In this document: piece by piece, positions 15,804 through 25,089 of the stretch
Layout of the letters: every line of letters starts with the position of its first letter
Position numbering within the stretch: the stretch's first letter is position 1
Assembly: GCA_041659765.1 (NCBI GenBank)
Contig: JBAZXR010000001.1
Coordinates: 531,338 to 595,337 of the forward strand
Source of the DNA: Patescibacteria group bacterium
Lineage (GTDB): Bacteria; Patescibacteriota; Patescibacteriia; UBA9934
DNA length: 64,000 bases
Direction of reading: 5' to 3'
Program-made: the position numbers and the translations under genes
The notes under the pieces: generated by a model
What the model saw: only the letters and a program-made list of their open reading frames with translations
The model's database searches: none
What the model was told of the DNA's origin: nothing

Positions 15804-18764
15804 TCACTGTACGGTAGCTGCCCCGATCCACGCTTCGGTGAACCCGACCAGGTCAGTGGCCGTGACGCCACCGGCGCAGAGGACGAACCCTTCGGTCGTA
15901 TTCCCAGCGGTCAGCCAGGTCACCACCTGCCGATCCGTACCGGCAAGCACGGTCGACGTCGAGTAGAGCTCTGTAGCGGCCACATGATCAACCACGTAGT
16001 CAGACAACCGATACACTCGGAGGATCTGTCCGTTGGTCGACGACTGGTTAGCGTAGTCGAACGTCATGGCGTACTTGTTCCCTACGCCCGCGGTAAAGGT
16101 GTACGCACGACACTCGTCCGCAATACCGGCCGCACCACCAGTGTTGTCAAAGTACGCAGCGTTCCGCGTACTCCCGAGCGTGGTGGTGAAAGCGAGCGGT
16201 CCAGTAGGTCCCCAAGTGGAGGGTCGACCGAGCGTGTACGAGTACGTCGTCCAACTTGAGAGCGCCCCGCACCCCATCGTCACGTCACACGAGTTGCCAA
16301 TGAGGTTCGGTCCCGTGAACCGAGCGACGAGCGCGCTGCCGGAAACTGCAAAGGTGGTCACTCCGTCCGTGTGGGCAAAGGTACCGTCACAGTTGTCATC
16401 AGACGCCGTCTTGGACGACTCCGCCACGCCCGGGTGGACGAACGGCGCACGGTCGTCACAGTCACCGGCGGCCGAAGCGTAGCCAACGGGCGCACTGCAC
16501 GCTTGCTTGGTTGGCGCAGATGTTCCGTACCCATCAGCGTCAAGGTCCTGGAAGAATGTCGGCATAACGCCTTCGTCAATCCCGGACCCGCAGTTGTTGT
16601 CTACCCCGTCGCAGACCTCTACGGCCCCGGGGTTCACGAACTTGTCAGTGTCATTGCAGTCCGTCGAGACGCTGGCGAACCCGGCCGGAGCCGAGCAAGC
16701 AGCAATAGTCGACGTCGGAATTCCGTACGCGTCTCCGTCACCATCCTGGTAGTAGGTGTTCTTCACGCCTTCGTCAACTGCAGTATCGCAGTCATCGTCG
16801 GCCCCGTTGCACGCCTCAGCGGCCACGGGATTGATCAGGCTCTTCGTGTCGTCGCAGTCCGTGCTGTTGGCTGCGAAGCCGACGGGCAGGCTGCAGGCGA
16901 GCGTGGTGACGAGCACGTTGCCGTACTGATCACCGTCTGTATCCGCGAAGTAAGTGTTCTTCACGCCTTCGTCAATTCCGCCTTCGCAGTCGTCGTCCAC
17001 CCCGTTACAGACTTCCGTCTTCCCGGGATTTACGCCGCTCTTGGCGTCATCGCAGTCAGTCGCGTTGAGCACATAACCCGCGGGCGGGCTGCACTGACTG
17101 ACGGATTTGGAGCTGTCCCCATAACCGTCATTGTCACTGTCCCGATAGTACGTGGCACTGCCAGTGGCGCCGTTATCCACGGAGCCGTCGCAGTTGTCGT
17201 CCTTACCGTTGCAGACTTCCGTTCCGGCAGGGCTGACGAGCGCAGTTGCGTCATCGCAGTCCGTGGAGGCGGCTACATACCCGGCCGGAGCCGAGCACGC
17301 TTTGGTCGAGGTGACTCCCCCGTACCCATCTTTGTCGCCATCCAAGTACCACGTCTTTGCGTCAGCAGCGTTGTCGTCGATCTTGCCATCGCAGTTATCG
17401 TCGAGACTGTTGCACACCTCCGTGGCGCTCGGGTTCACAGACTTGCTCGCGTCGTTGCAGTCGCTCTCATTGGCCACGTACCCGGCGGGCGGCGTGCAGG
17501 CTTCCGTAGAAGTCCCGCCGCCAAACCCGTCACCGTCCGTGTCCTTGTAGAACGTCAGCAAGACGCCTTGATCGATGACGCCGTCACAGTCGTCATCACG
17601 GTCGTTGCAGACTTCGCTCTCGTCCGGGTTAACGGCCGGACGGGCGTCATCGCAATCACCGTTCACGAGCGTGTACCCGGCCGGAGCCGAGCACGCCTGT
17701 TTGAACACGTCAGAACCGTAGTTGTCCTTGTCCGTGTCCTGGTAGAACGCGATGAGCGTCCCTTCGTCGATCCCATCCGCGCAGTTGTTGTCCACCCCAT
17801 CGCACACCTCTGTGGCGGCAGGGTTGACCTCAAACGCAGAGTCGTCGCACTCGAGACAAGCAAAGAAGCCGTCTCCGTCACCGTCCTCTGCGCCGTAAAA
17901 GCCGTCGCAGTTGAGGTCCTCCGGGTCCGTGCAACTCTCGGCCGCACCCGGATAGACTGCGGCATTCCCGTCATCACAATCCTTACTCTGGGCTGCGTAC
18001 CCTTCCGGCATCTCACAGGCCAGAATCTGACCAGACTTGCTGTTCGTACCAACTCCGTCCTGGTCAGCGTCCTTGTAGAACTTGTCCTGACCGATCACGG
18101 AAGCGTCTTCGTCGTCCACGAGCAAGTCGCAGTCGTTATCAATGAGGTCGCAGACCTCCTGTGCGACCGGATTGACGGTGGGGTTGTTGTCATCGCAGTC
18201 AACAAAGCCATCGAACCCGTCTTCGTCATCGTCTTTGATCTCCACCTCCGTCGTCTTGCCGTCGCAGTTCCGGTCGACACCGTCGCCAGGAAAGTCAGGA
18301 ATACTCGGGTTGATGTCAGGATCCGTGTCATCGCAGTCATCGGCGTTGTACACGAGTCCCTCAACTCCGTAGACCTCACAGCCCCAGAGCTCGGCACTGC
18401 CGTCTCCAAAACCATCACTATCTTTGTCCGCGTAGCGCGGCAAACGCTGATCGCTGCCCGCGTCTCCCTCCTCGCAGTCATTATCAATCCCGTCACACGG
18501 AATTTCCTCGACTGCCGGGAGGTCATTCTCCTCATCGGTATCACCATCCCAAACGTTCGGGTGAACCAACGCGTCATTGTCGTCGCAGTCATCAATTTCC
18601 ACGAAGAATCCATCGCCGTCCGCATCAACTAGCGGAATGTGATCCGGCAGGATCAACGCGCAACCAGAGAACATGAACGAAGCCATAACCAAACAGTTGC
18701 TGTAACGCATTGAAGCACCCCTAAAAGCTGTGGCTTGATAGCCGTTTTCGTAACTCAAGGCCAA
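15804..18764 (-). CDS. Large secreted Cys-rich protein with about 13 tandem MopE-like putative metal-binding repeats (CxDxDxxVNPxAxEVCNGxDDDCDGxxDEG). Lipoprotein-like signal peptide; the likely start is at an internal Met near 18710.
   Basis: Strongly periodic repeats are visible in both DNA and protein. The antisense 753-aa ORF is an artefact of the GC-rich repeats. Confidence 0.8.
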   Translation of the reverse strand: MALSYENGYQATAFRGASMRYSNCLVMASFMFSGCALILPDHIPLVDADGDGFFVEIDDCDDNDALVHPNVWDGDTDEENDLPAVEEIPCDGIDNDCEEGDAGSDQRLPRYADKDSDGFGDGSAELWGCEVYGVEGLVYNADDCDDTDPDINPSIPDFPGDGVDRNCDGKTTEVEIKDDDEDGFDGFVDCDDNNPTVNPVAQEVCDLIDNDCDLLVDDEDASVIGQDKFYKDADQDGVGTNSKSGQILACEMPEGYAAQSKDCDDGNAAVYPGAAESCTDPEDLNCDGFYGAEDGDGDGFFACLECDDSAFEVNPAATEVCDGVDNNCADGIDEGTLIAFYQDTDKDNYGSDVFKQACSAPAGYTLVNGDCDDARPAVNPDESEVCNDRDDDCDGVIDQGVLLTFYKDTDGDGFGGGTSTEACTPPAGYVANESDCNDASKSVNPSATEVCNSLDDNCDGKIDDNAADAKTWYLDGDKDGYGGVTSTKACSAPAGYVAASTDCDDATALVSPAGTEVCNGKDDNCDGSVDNGATGSATYYRDSDNDGYGDSSKSVSQCSPPAGYVLNATDCDDAKSGVNPGKTEVCNGVDDDCEGGIDEGVKNTYFADTDGDQYGNVLVTTLACSLPVGFAANSTDCDDTKSLINPVAAEACNGADDDCDTAVDEGVKNTYYQDGDGDAYGIPTSTIAACSAPAGFASVSTDCNDTDKFVNPGAVEVCDGVDNNCGSGIDEGVMPTFFQDLDADGYGTSAPTKQACSAPVGYASAAGDCDDRAPFVHPGVAESSKTASDDNCDGTFAHTDGVTTFAVSGSALVARFTGPNLIGNSCDVTMGCGALSSWTTYSYTLGRPSTWGPTGPLAFTTTLGSTRNAAYFDNTGGAAGIADECRAYTFTAGVGNKYAMTFDYANQSSTNGQILRVYRLSDYVVDHVAATELYSTSTVLAGTDRQVVTWLTAGNTTEGFVLCAGGVTATDLVGFTEAWIGAATVQ

Positions 18765-18816
18765 ATAAAAATAGCAAAAAAATGCTGTTTTGTCAAGTAT
18801 TTTACCTAATGTTAGC

Positions 18817-18862
18817 GAAGAAAAACCAAAATCCCCCTCAGCTTTCGCTTTGGGGGATTTTG
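18817..18862 (-). terminator. Rho-independent terminator for the giant surface-protein gene.
   Basis: Hairpin AAATCCCCCTCAGCTTTCGCTTTGGGGGATTT followed on the minus strand by TTTGGTTTTTCTT. Confidence 0.6.
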
Positions 18863-18900
18863 CTGTCTTAAACCTTTTGGCTTAGGACGTCACACTAGTC

Positions 18901-21900
18901 TTAGAAGACCAATGTTCCGCCGGAGACCGTGAGGCTGTCGACCAAGTACGAACCCCAGTAATCACCGGTGTTCGTAGCCGAAGCTGCGGAGTTAGTTCCA
19001 TCATCCTGCCAGAGCAAGGTGCCCGGGAGGCGCTGGATGTCGTCCGTAAGATCGTATGCCGTACCAGTGAGCGTAGCATCAGATGTGTAGATTCTGGAAC
19101 CAAGGTATCCACGAACAACGTAGAGGTTGTGAGTTGCGATACCGGTCACCAACATCTTTTCATCTGTAGAAGCCACCGTCGTAGCATCAGCCGTGCTGTA
19201 GTTGATCACATCGCCTACCTTGAAGGCAGTGCCGTCATCAACTGCGAGCGTGTTAGCCGTTTCCAAGAGATCCGTCACGTTCGAAGCGTCAGCAACGTTC
19301 AAGTACGTTGAAACGATTGGATCGGTCGGAAGATCGAAACGGATAGAGTCGTCGTTGGCTGAGCTTGCACCAGTTGAGTCAAAGTACACAGCGAAGTTAT
19401 TCGAGGTGCCCTTAGCTACAACCTCAGCAACTGGGAGCGCGATGCCCACAAAGCTGAGATCCTGGGTGAAGTTCGTAGTGTCACAAGCTGCACCTGTTGA
19501 CTGGTAAAGTGTCCAGTCAGCATCTGCAGTGTCCAACGTCTGAGACGTGCCATCCATCGTCAAGTTGTATAGATCGAAGTCGGCAGTCGTCGTTGCGACA
19601 GCTGGGTTATCCGTGTCACATTCGTTCCAGTCAACACTGGTAGCGTCTGTGTTGGAAGTGTCGTTATCCGTCAAAGTCACCTTGAAGAGCAGCTTGTTCA
19701 ATACTACGTCTTCGTTAGAAGAAGCAGCAACTGAGAAGCGGAGCACTTCAGAGCGGCCTGGAACAGCGCTACCGGAAGGTGAAGAGGAGCTGAGTGTAAC
19801 CACCGGCTTAGTTTCCTTAACCACGAAGGTAGGAACACTGTCGGTTGCGAACACATCATCACCAAGATCAGCAATTCCTGAAGCTGCCTCGTCAAGCGTG
19901 AAGCCAGAACCGGCTCCAGTTGCCTTGAACGATTCGCTGCCGGAGTTGTCTCCATCAGAGAAGGCCATACGGATCTTTTCGTTGCTGGTAGCGGAACCAC
20001 CAGAATCACGATCCGTAGGAGGCAAGTTCACGTAGACCTTAACATCCTTAGGTGTACCAACCGGTACGTACATCAATAGACCAGAGAACGTCGCAGCGTT
20101 TCCAGACATAGAGGCCGTAGCCGTACCCGTGGTGCCGTCGGCCTTAGGGTAAGAGAGGGTCACGAGAGAGATGTTGTTAGCGTAGACACTGGAATCAGCT
20201 GTAGAAGCCGTTCCAAGCATATCGTCTTCAGCCTGTTCTTCCGTGAAAGACAGCGTCTGAACGTTGAAGGATTCAAGTGTCGCTGCGAAGCGATACTGAG
20301 CTACTTCTACGTTGTTGGTACCTGTCAGCGCGAAGTCTGCGCTTGGGGTGCTTGAACCAACAGTCACTGAAAGCGTACCGGAATCAGATACCGTGACAGT
20401 GCGAGTAGGTGCAGTTCCACCGTTCACCGCGTTGCCCGTAGCTGTAACCGAGTTGCTTGAAGAATCTTCAGCTGTAATGTTGGTACCAGCCAAAGCGATG
20501 TCGAATGCGAAGAACGCATCGCCAGTCGTTGAGGTGTTAGCAAAGTTACACTGAACAGTCATGTTCTTAACGGCACCGGCTGCAATAGTCCAGCTCATGG
20601 TGCTGAAACGAATAGTCTGACCGTTAGTTGCTGGAGCTTCTGGACCGGCTACGCGCGTAACACCGTCATAGAGCGAGCAGGAGTCAACGTAATCGTTAAC
20701 GTCTGCGCTCTCAGAGGTTGTGCTAACGCCACCACCGATATCGTAAGTACCGCTCACAGACGTGTCCTGACCGTAAGCAGAAAGCGTCAGGTCAGTGATC
20801 GTTACTGGAGAAGCCAAACCAGTAGTCATAGTGAAGCCGACCACAGATACGTTCTGTGTACCGTCAACAGTGGTGACGCTGGTTGGCGTGCTGGCCAAGG
20901 AAACTACCAAGGAAGCCTGTCTGGCAACCTGGGTGTAACCAGTGATGTCTGAACCAGGGATGATATCCGCGGTAGCAAGAGCATCGCCGTTCGTGTCTTC
21001 CGTAACAAGACCACTCATGTCAAAGATGGCAGCAAGGGATTCACCAGAGGTGAGGCCGTTGTCTACGTCAGCCGTGACCGCCAAGTTCAATGTCTCACCG
21101 GCGTTCAAGGAGAAGTCATCTGTGAAGTCAATGATCTGAAGAGCGTCTTCTGCAGTACCAGTCAAGCTGGTTTCTGAAGAAGCGTCATCCGTAGTCGTGT
21201 CAAGCTCCAAAGGACCCATGATTACAGCGCCGGTGTCAGCGTTGATGATCTTGATGTCCTTCAAGTTAGCTTCAGAACCGGAGTTAATCAAACCGTCATC
21301 ATCAGCGTCACCAGTTTCCTGACCTTCTGTAACGGTGCCATCGTCGTCATCATCAGCAGCTACCTGGATGTCCAGGTCCTTAATGGTGATGAACTGAGTA
21401 GCCGTGACCGAGAATTTCAAGAGGGTCTGGTCCTGAGAATCTACCTGGACGTCGCCAGCAGCTGGGCCATTGAAAGCAAACGTAAGTTTGCCGCCCTTAA
21501 CCGTGCTGAAGGAACAGTTACCAGATGAAGATGTGCAGGAAGCACCGTCATAAGTACCAACGGTTCCGGTATCAACCGTGAGGCCGAATCCGAAGTCACC
21601 GCCGATAGCTACGATGTCAACATTGTTGTCGATGAACACCTTAACGGTGTCAGCTGACTGTCCACCAATATCCGCGGATACTGAGAAGATGTTGTTGCCA
21701 CCTTCATTGATGTGGAAAGGATGTGCGGAGAGATCAAAGACCACCCAGTCACCGGAGGAGTTAACACCAGTGGTAAGAAGAACACTGCCATCCCACAGAC
21801 GGAAGTCTGAGTGATCAGAAGCGTTGTCTACCTTAACGGTGATAGCGGAGATGTCAGCTGCTTCGGAGCCGTTAGCGGCTGCCTTGAAGGAACCGATTTC

Positions 21901-23154
21901 TGCATCCTGAGCGCCAACCGTTGGGTCAGCGATCGTGCCGGACTTTGTGATCAAGAGAGTTCCAGCATCAGCACCAGTGAAGGTGAAGATGTTACCCGTG
22001 ATTGGGAAGGAACCGCTCACTGATCCTGCAGACACTACGTCAGCAGAGTTGGCAACCTTGAAGCCGAACGTATCAGCTGCTACCTGGGAGGTGGAAGTGG
22101 TCACGCGCACCGTGTAGGTGTGCATGCTGTTGGCAGCGATGGAGCGGTTCAAGTTGTTGAAAGATACCTGGCGAGTGGAGGAGTTCACAGTGCGTGATTC
22201 CGTCAAACGCGTGCTACCTTCGTACAAGTAAACGCTAGAAATGTTGTTGGTGGAACCAGCTCCAATCATGGAGAGGGTTACGCCGCTAAACGTTGCTGCT
22301 GCGCTACCTGCCTGTACGTTGAAAGAAAAGACCTGCACGGAGTTCGATCCACCTGGGAGCGAAGCGCCGGCTGGCATGGAAGAAGCTGCGGAGACCGTCA
22401 GGCCGCCCGTAGAAACTACCGTACCAGTTACCGTCTGTGCGTCATCGGACACCGAAGCTTCCTTCGTGGTCAAATCTGCACCAGCGGACAAGGCACTATC
22501 TACAACACCGGCGCCATCCATGACGTACATGGACTGGAGACCGTTAGCTGACATACCAGCTGAGGATACCAAGCGCTTTGCACCATCCCAGTTAAGGTAG
22601 GTGTTTCCAGCACTCGAGTACATCATGCCGTTGTAAGCTGTTGCACTCATAAGAGATGCACCAACCGTGTAGTCCGTGAAGAAGACATCTGGCACGTCCA
22701 TGATGCGCTGGTTCCAGTCGGATCCAGCGTAAGCGACGGCCACTGCTTCTGTTTCAATCCAGTAAATCTTACCGTTGCGGCCTACTGCGTAGGTCTTCGG
22801 GTCAGAGGTCACCTTGATCCATGAAGAACCTGGGCGGAACACGATGTTGCCACCAAGAGTAATGTCAGAGATCGTGCTGTCAGAGACAGTCATGACGCCG
22901 CTGAAATCAGCTACGCCAGAGCTGTTGGAGTGCCAGCTTGAGTATGTTTTGAGGTTAGGGTACGTGTAGCGCATACCGTCATAACCGTAGTAGTAAACCG
23001 TAGAGAGCGAAGCGCTCCGGATACGGTCACCAGCGGCTGCAGCGTGCGTCACGGCTGGGCTCATAAGAGCACCGGCGCCAATCGAGAAAGCGATCGTCGC
23101 TGCAGCTACTGCGGCAGAGAGAGCGCGCTTTCCTGTTTCTAGAACATGTTGCAT
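18901..23154 (-). CDS. Giant (~1417 aa) secreted surface protein, rich in T/S/G/D and probably beta-rich. Putative adhesin or S-layer-like. The true start is likely MQHVLETGKRA at 23154.
   Basis: Long ORF with signal peptide AFSIGAGALMSPAVTHA and low-complexity, Ig-like repetitive composition. The ORF-track N-terminal extension (to 23355) runs through intergenic palindromes. Confidence 0.75.
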   Translation of the reverse strand: MQHVLETGKRALSAAVAAATIAFSIGAGALMSPAVTHAAAAGDRIRSASLSTVYYYGYDGMRYTYPNLKTYSSWHSNSSGVADFSGVMTVSDSTISDITLGGNIVFRPGSSWIKVTSDPKTYAVGRNGKIYWIETEAVAVAYAGSDWNQRIMDVPDVFFTDYTVGASLMSATAYNGMMYSSAGNTYLNWDGAKRLVSSAGMSANGLQSMYVMDGAGVVDSALSAGADLTTKEASVSDDAQTVTGTVVSTGGLTVSAASSMPAGASLPGGSNSVQVFSFNVQAGSAAATFSGVTLSMIGAGSTNNISSVYLYEGSTRLTESRTVNSSTRQVSFNNLNRSIAANSMHTYTVRVTTSTSQVAADTFGFKVANSADVVSAGSVSGSFPITGNIFTFTGADAGTLLITKSGTIADPTVGAQDAEIGSFKAAANGSEAADISAITVKVDNASDHSDFRLWDGSVLLTTGVNSSGDWVVFDLSAHPFHINEGGNNIFSVSADIGGQSADTVKVFIDNNVDIVAIGGDFGFGLTVDTGTVGTYDGASCTSSSGNCSFSTVKGGKLTFAFNGPAAGDVQVDSQDQTLLKFSVTATQFITIKDLDIQVAADDDDDGTVTEGQETGDADDDGLINSGSEANLKDIKIINADTGAVIMGPLELDTTTDDASSETSLTGTAEDALQIIDFTDDFSLNAGETLNLAVTADVDNGLTSGESLAAIFDMSGLVTEDTNGDALATADIIPGSDITGYTQVARQASLVVSLASTPTSVTTVDGTQNVSVVGFTMTTGLASPVTITDLTLSAYGQDTSVSGTYDIGGGVSTTSESADVNDYVDSCSLYDGVTRVAGPEAPATNGQTIRFSTMSWTIAAGAVKNMTVQCNFANTSTTGDAFFAFDIALAGTNITAEDSSSNSVTATGNAVNGGTAPTRTVTVSDSGTLSVTVGSSTPSADFALTGTNNVEVAQYRFAATLESFNVQTLSFTEEQAEDDMLGTASTADSSVYANNISLVTLSYPKADGTTGTATASMSGNAATFSGLLMYVPVGTPKDVKVYVNLPPTDRDSGGSATSNEKIRMAFSDGDNSGSESFKATGAGSGFTLDEAASGIADLGDDVFATDSVPTFVVKETKPVVTLSSSSPSGSAVPGRSEVLRFSVAASSNEDVVLNKLLFKVTLTDNDTSNTDATSVDWNECDTDNPAVATTTADFDLYNLTMDGTSQTLDTADADWTLYQSTGAACDTTNFTQDLSFVGIALPVAEVVAKGTSNNFAVYFDSTGASSANDDSIRFDLPTDPIVSTYLNVADASNVTDLLETANTLAVDDGTAFKVGDVINYSTADATTVASTDEKMLVTGIATHNLYVVRGYLGSRIYTSDATLTGTAYDLTDDIQRLPGTLLWQDDGTNSAASATNTGDYWGSYLVDSLTVSGGTLVF

Positions 23155-23330
23155 AAAGTTACAGAAACCATTTTCCCCTTTTAAGGGGTAAAGAGATAGA
23201 GGTTTGCACGGGCCTGCGGCCCCGACCTTTGAAGCGTGCTTACCCGGGATGCGTTGAACGCAGTCCCTTTCGGGAGGGCATCGTGCGATGCCCTGCCTGA
23301 AGGAAATGCCTTGCTCTATTCTGAGACGGG
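23155..23330 (-). other. Structured leader / intergenic region containing five consecutive GC-rich stem-loops.
   Basis: Palindromes CCCCTTTTAAGGGG (23177..23190), GGGCCTGCGGCCC, GCGTTCAACGC, GGGCATCGTGCGATGCCC (23276..23293) and the P1 element (23330..23349). Confidence 0.5.
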
Positions 23331-24476
23331 GACGGGGCAAGCCCCGTCCGTACAACTCGCTTCGCTCGTTGCCGCTTCGGCTTTGGCGGCTTCTTCCGCG
23401 GCCTTAGCGTCGGCTTCGGCCTTAGCTTCGGCGTCAGCCCTGGTCTGCATAATGAGGATTTCTGTTTCCGCAATGTTCGCCTCAAGTTTGAGCAGTTCTG
23501 CGTCTATCCCCTGGAGCGTAGCGAAGGCGCTTCTGTAACCACCGGCGGCGAAACCGTTCATAGCCTCCGGAATCTGTAGCTTGGTTTGCTTAATCACGTA
23601 GCTCAGTCTCTTTAGGTCATCGCCGGAAGGAATCCCCTTCACTCCGTCAAACATCTTCACTCCGAGCACCGTCTTGCTAATAGTGTCTAACCGATGCTCA
23701 TCGAAGGTTTGTCTGGCCTCTATAGATCCGAGCTCCTTAGTGAACATGGCCTTCAGTTCAACGGTTGATTTCTCTGTAGCTCCTTGCTCATGGACATCTA
23801 CCGCAACGGTAGTTGCGACAGTCTGCGCCTCCTTCACGGCCTGCTTTGCGTCAACGGTTTCCGTGCCGGCTGCTGAAGTTGAGTTGGTCGATGCCGTTTC
23901 TTCGATCACTGCCTTCATCGAGTCGATCTTATTCTGCACGTCAGTCACGACGGCGAGTGCCGTGGACGAACCAACACTGTCTTTCAAGTTTTTCAAATCG
24001 GCTGAGGCCTGAGAAAGTTCCGAGGCGTATTCCACCATGGCTGTCTTAGCGAGTGCCTGATGGCCCTCGTCCGTAGATCCTGATGAGCGAAGTTCTGCCG
24101 CTTCTCGCAATCTGCGCTCGGCGAACTCGGTATGGAGCACAGCGCGACGATCGAGCGACGCCAACCGAAGCTGAGCCTGTTCCGTAATACGTTTTACTGA
24201 GTAGAGGGTTTCGCCCGGCAAGCTCGACGAAGCCGCGCTCACCGTAGAAAGACTACCGGCAAAAAGAGTAACTGAAGCCACACCGATAGTTACCGGCTTA
24301 GAAATAAAAGAACTGACATACCAAGAGACGTAAGACTTGGAAGTCTGGCGAACTGGCAAGTCAGCGCTCACACGTGAAAGGAGGCGGGACTTAGCCGCGC
24401 CGTGCTCAGAAAGAGAAAGGGCCCCTGCTCGGGGATTATTTTTCAAACTCTTAAGTTGTGATAGAAGGTTCGACAC
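23316..24476 (-). CDS. DUF5667-like membrane protein, a candidate anti-sigma factor. It has a cytoplasmic N-terminus, one TM helix and a long helical extracytoplasmic domain.
   Basis: Motif PGETLYSVKRITEQAQLRL follows the TM helix. 26-nt overlap with the upstream ECF sigma gene. Confidence 0.6.
   Translation of the reverse strand: MSNLLSQLKSLKNNPRAGALSLSEHGAAKSRLLSRVSADLPVRQTSKSYVSWYVSSFISKPVTIGVASVTLFAGSLSTVSAASSSLPGETLYSVKRITEQAQLRLASLDRRAVLHTEFAERRLREAAELRSSGSTDEGHQALAKTAMVEYASELSQASADLKNLKDSVGSSTALAVVTDVQNKIDSMKAVIEETASTNSTSAAGTETVDAKQAVKEAQTVATTVAVDVHEQGATEKSTVELKAMFTKELGSIEARQTFDEHRLDTISKTVLGVKMFDGVKGIPSGDDLKRLSYVIKQTKLQIPEAMNGFAAGGYRSAFATLQGIDAELLKLEANIAETEILIMQTRADAEAKAEADAKAAEEAAKAEAATSEASCTDGACPVPVSE
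23330..23354. repeat. Palindromic micro-element, family P1 (GGACGGGGCAAGCCCCGTCCGTACA), forming the last codons (TDGACPV) of the anti-sigma-like gene.
   Basis: Same core and GTCCGTACA flank as 6446..6470. Confidence 0.8.
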
Positions 24477-25002
24477 AAAGTTCTTGGAGTGCTTTTTTGG
24501 CCCGGTGAAGGGTTACTCTGACATTATTCGGTGTCTGTTCAAGCGTACTCGCGATCTCGCTAATACTTAGCTCGTTCAAATACCTGAGCACTAGCACCTC
24601 ACGGTATTCATCCTTGAGAAGTTTCATCTTCTCTATAAGGTCATCGCTCTCCCCTTTCTGCGTGACTTCTTCAACCAAGGAACCGCTCGCAGGAACCTGT
24701 TCTAGCACCGAGTCCTCGACCACCTCCACCGGCGTATTCTTCCTATAGAAGTCCGCGGTGATGTTTCGGGCGATCCGGAAGAGCAAAGCTCCTACGTTAT
24801 CTACCGCACTCGACGTCATGTATTCCCAACCGCGGAGAAACACCTCGCTCGTGATCTCCTCGGCGTCCTCTTTGCGAGGGACCTTAAAGACCAGGAACCG
24901 ACGAATGCGGTCAGCATGGATGTCATACAACTCTCCGTACGCGTCCGTGTCCTTGAACCGGTACACGCGGAAGGCGAGGAATTTTTGACGGTAAGCTGAC
25001 AT
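24451..25002 (-). CDS. RNA polymerase sigma-70 factor, ECF subfamily.
   Basis: Region 2 (ITSEVFLRGWEY...LFRIARNITADFYRK) and region 4 (LKDEYREVLVLRYLNELSISEIASTLEQTPNNVRVTLHRAKKAL). Likely start MSAYRQKF. Confidence 0.85.
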   Translation of the reverse strand: MSAYRQKFLAFRVYRFKDTDAYGELYDIHADRIRRFLVFKVPRKEDAEEITSEVFLRGWEYMTSSAVDNVGALLFRIARNITADFYRKNTPVEVVEDSVLEQVPASGSLVEEVTQKGESDDLIEKMKLLKDEYREVLVLRYLNELSISEIASTLEQTPNNVRVTLHRAKKALQELCVEPSITT

Positions 25003-25089
25003 GTATGAAGTCGTTGTTAATCGGAAAACATTACAGTCTAGAGAAAATGTTGGCAAGATTAGCCACATGCCTCCTCTTGACCAGCTTTC

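Noticed and set aside
16371-18632. 753-aa plus-strand ORF antisense to the MopE-repeat gene
   Set aside because: Low-complexity R/V/A-rich translation with no start context. Open only because the GC-rich repetitive sense gene lacks stops in the antisense frames.
19129-23538. Numerous 60-160-aa ORFs on the plus strand inside the giant surface-protein gene and anti-sigma gene
   Set aside because: All overlap a much longer, coherent minus-strand ORF; compositionally biased; no signals.
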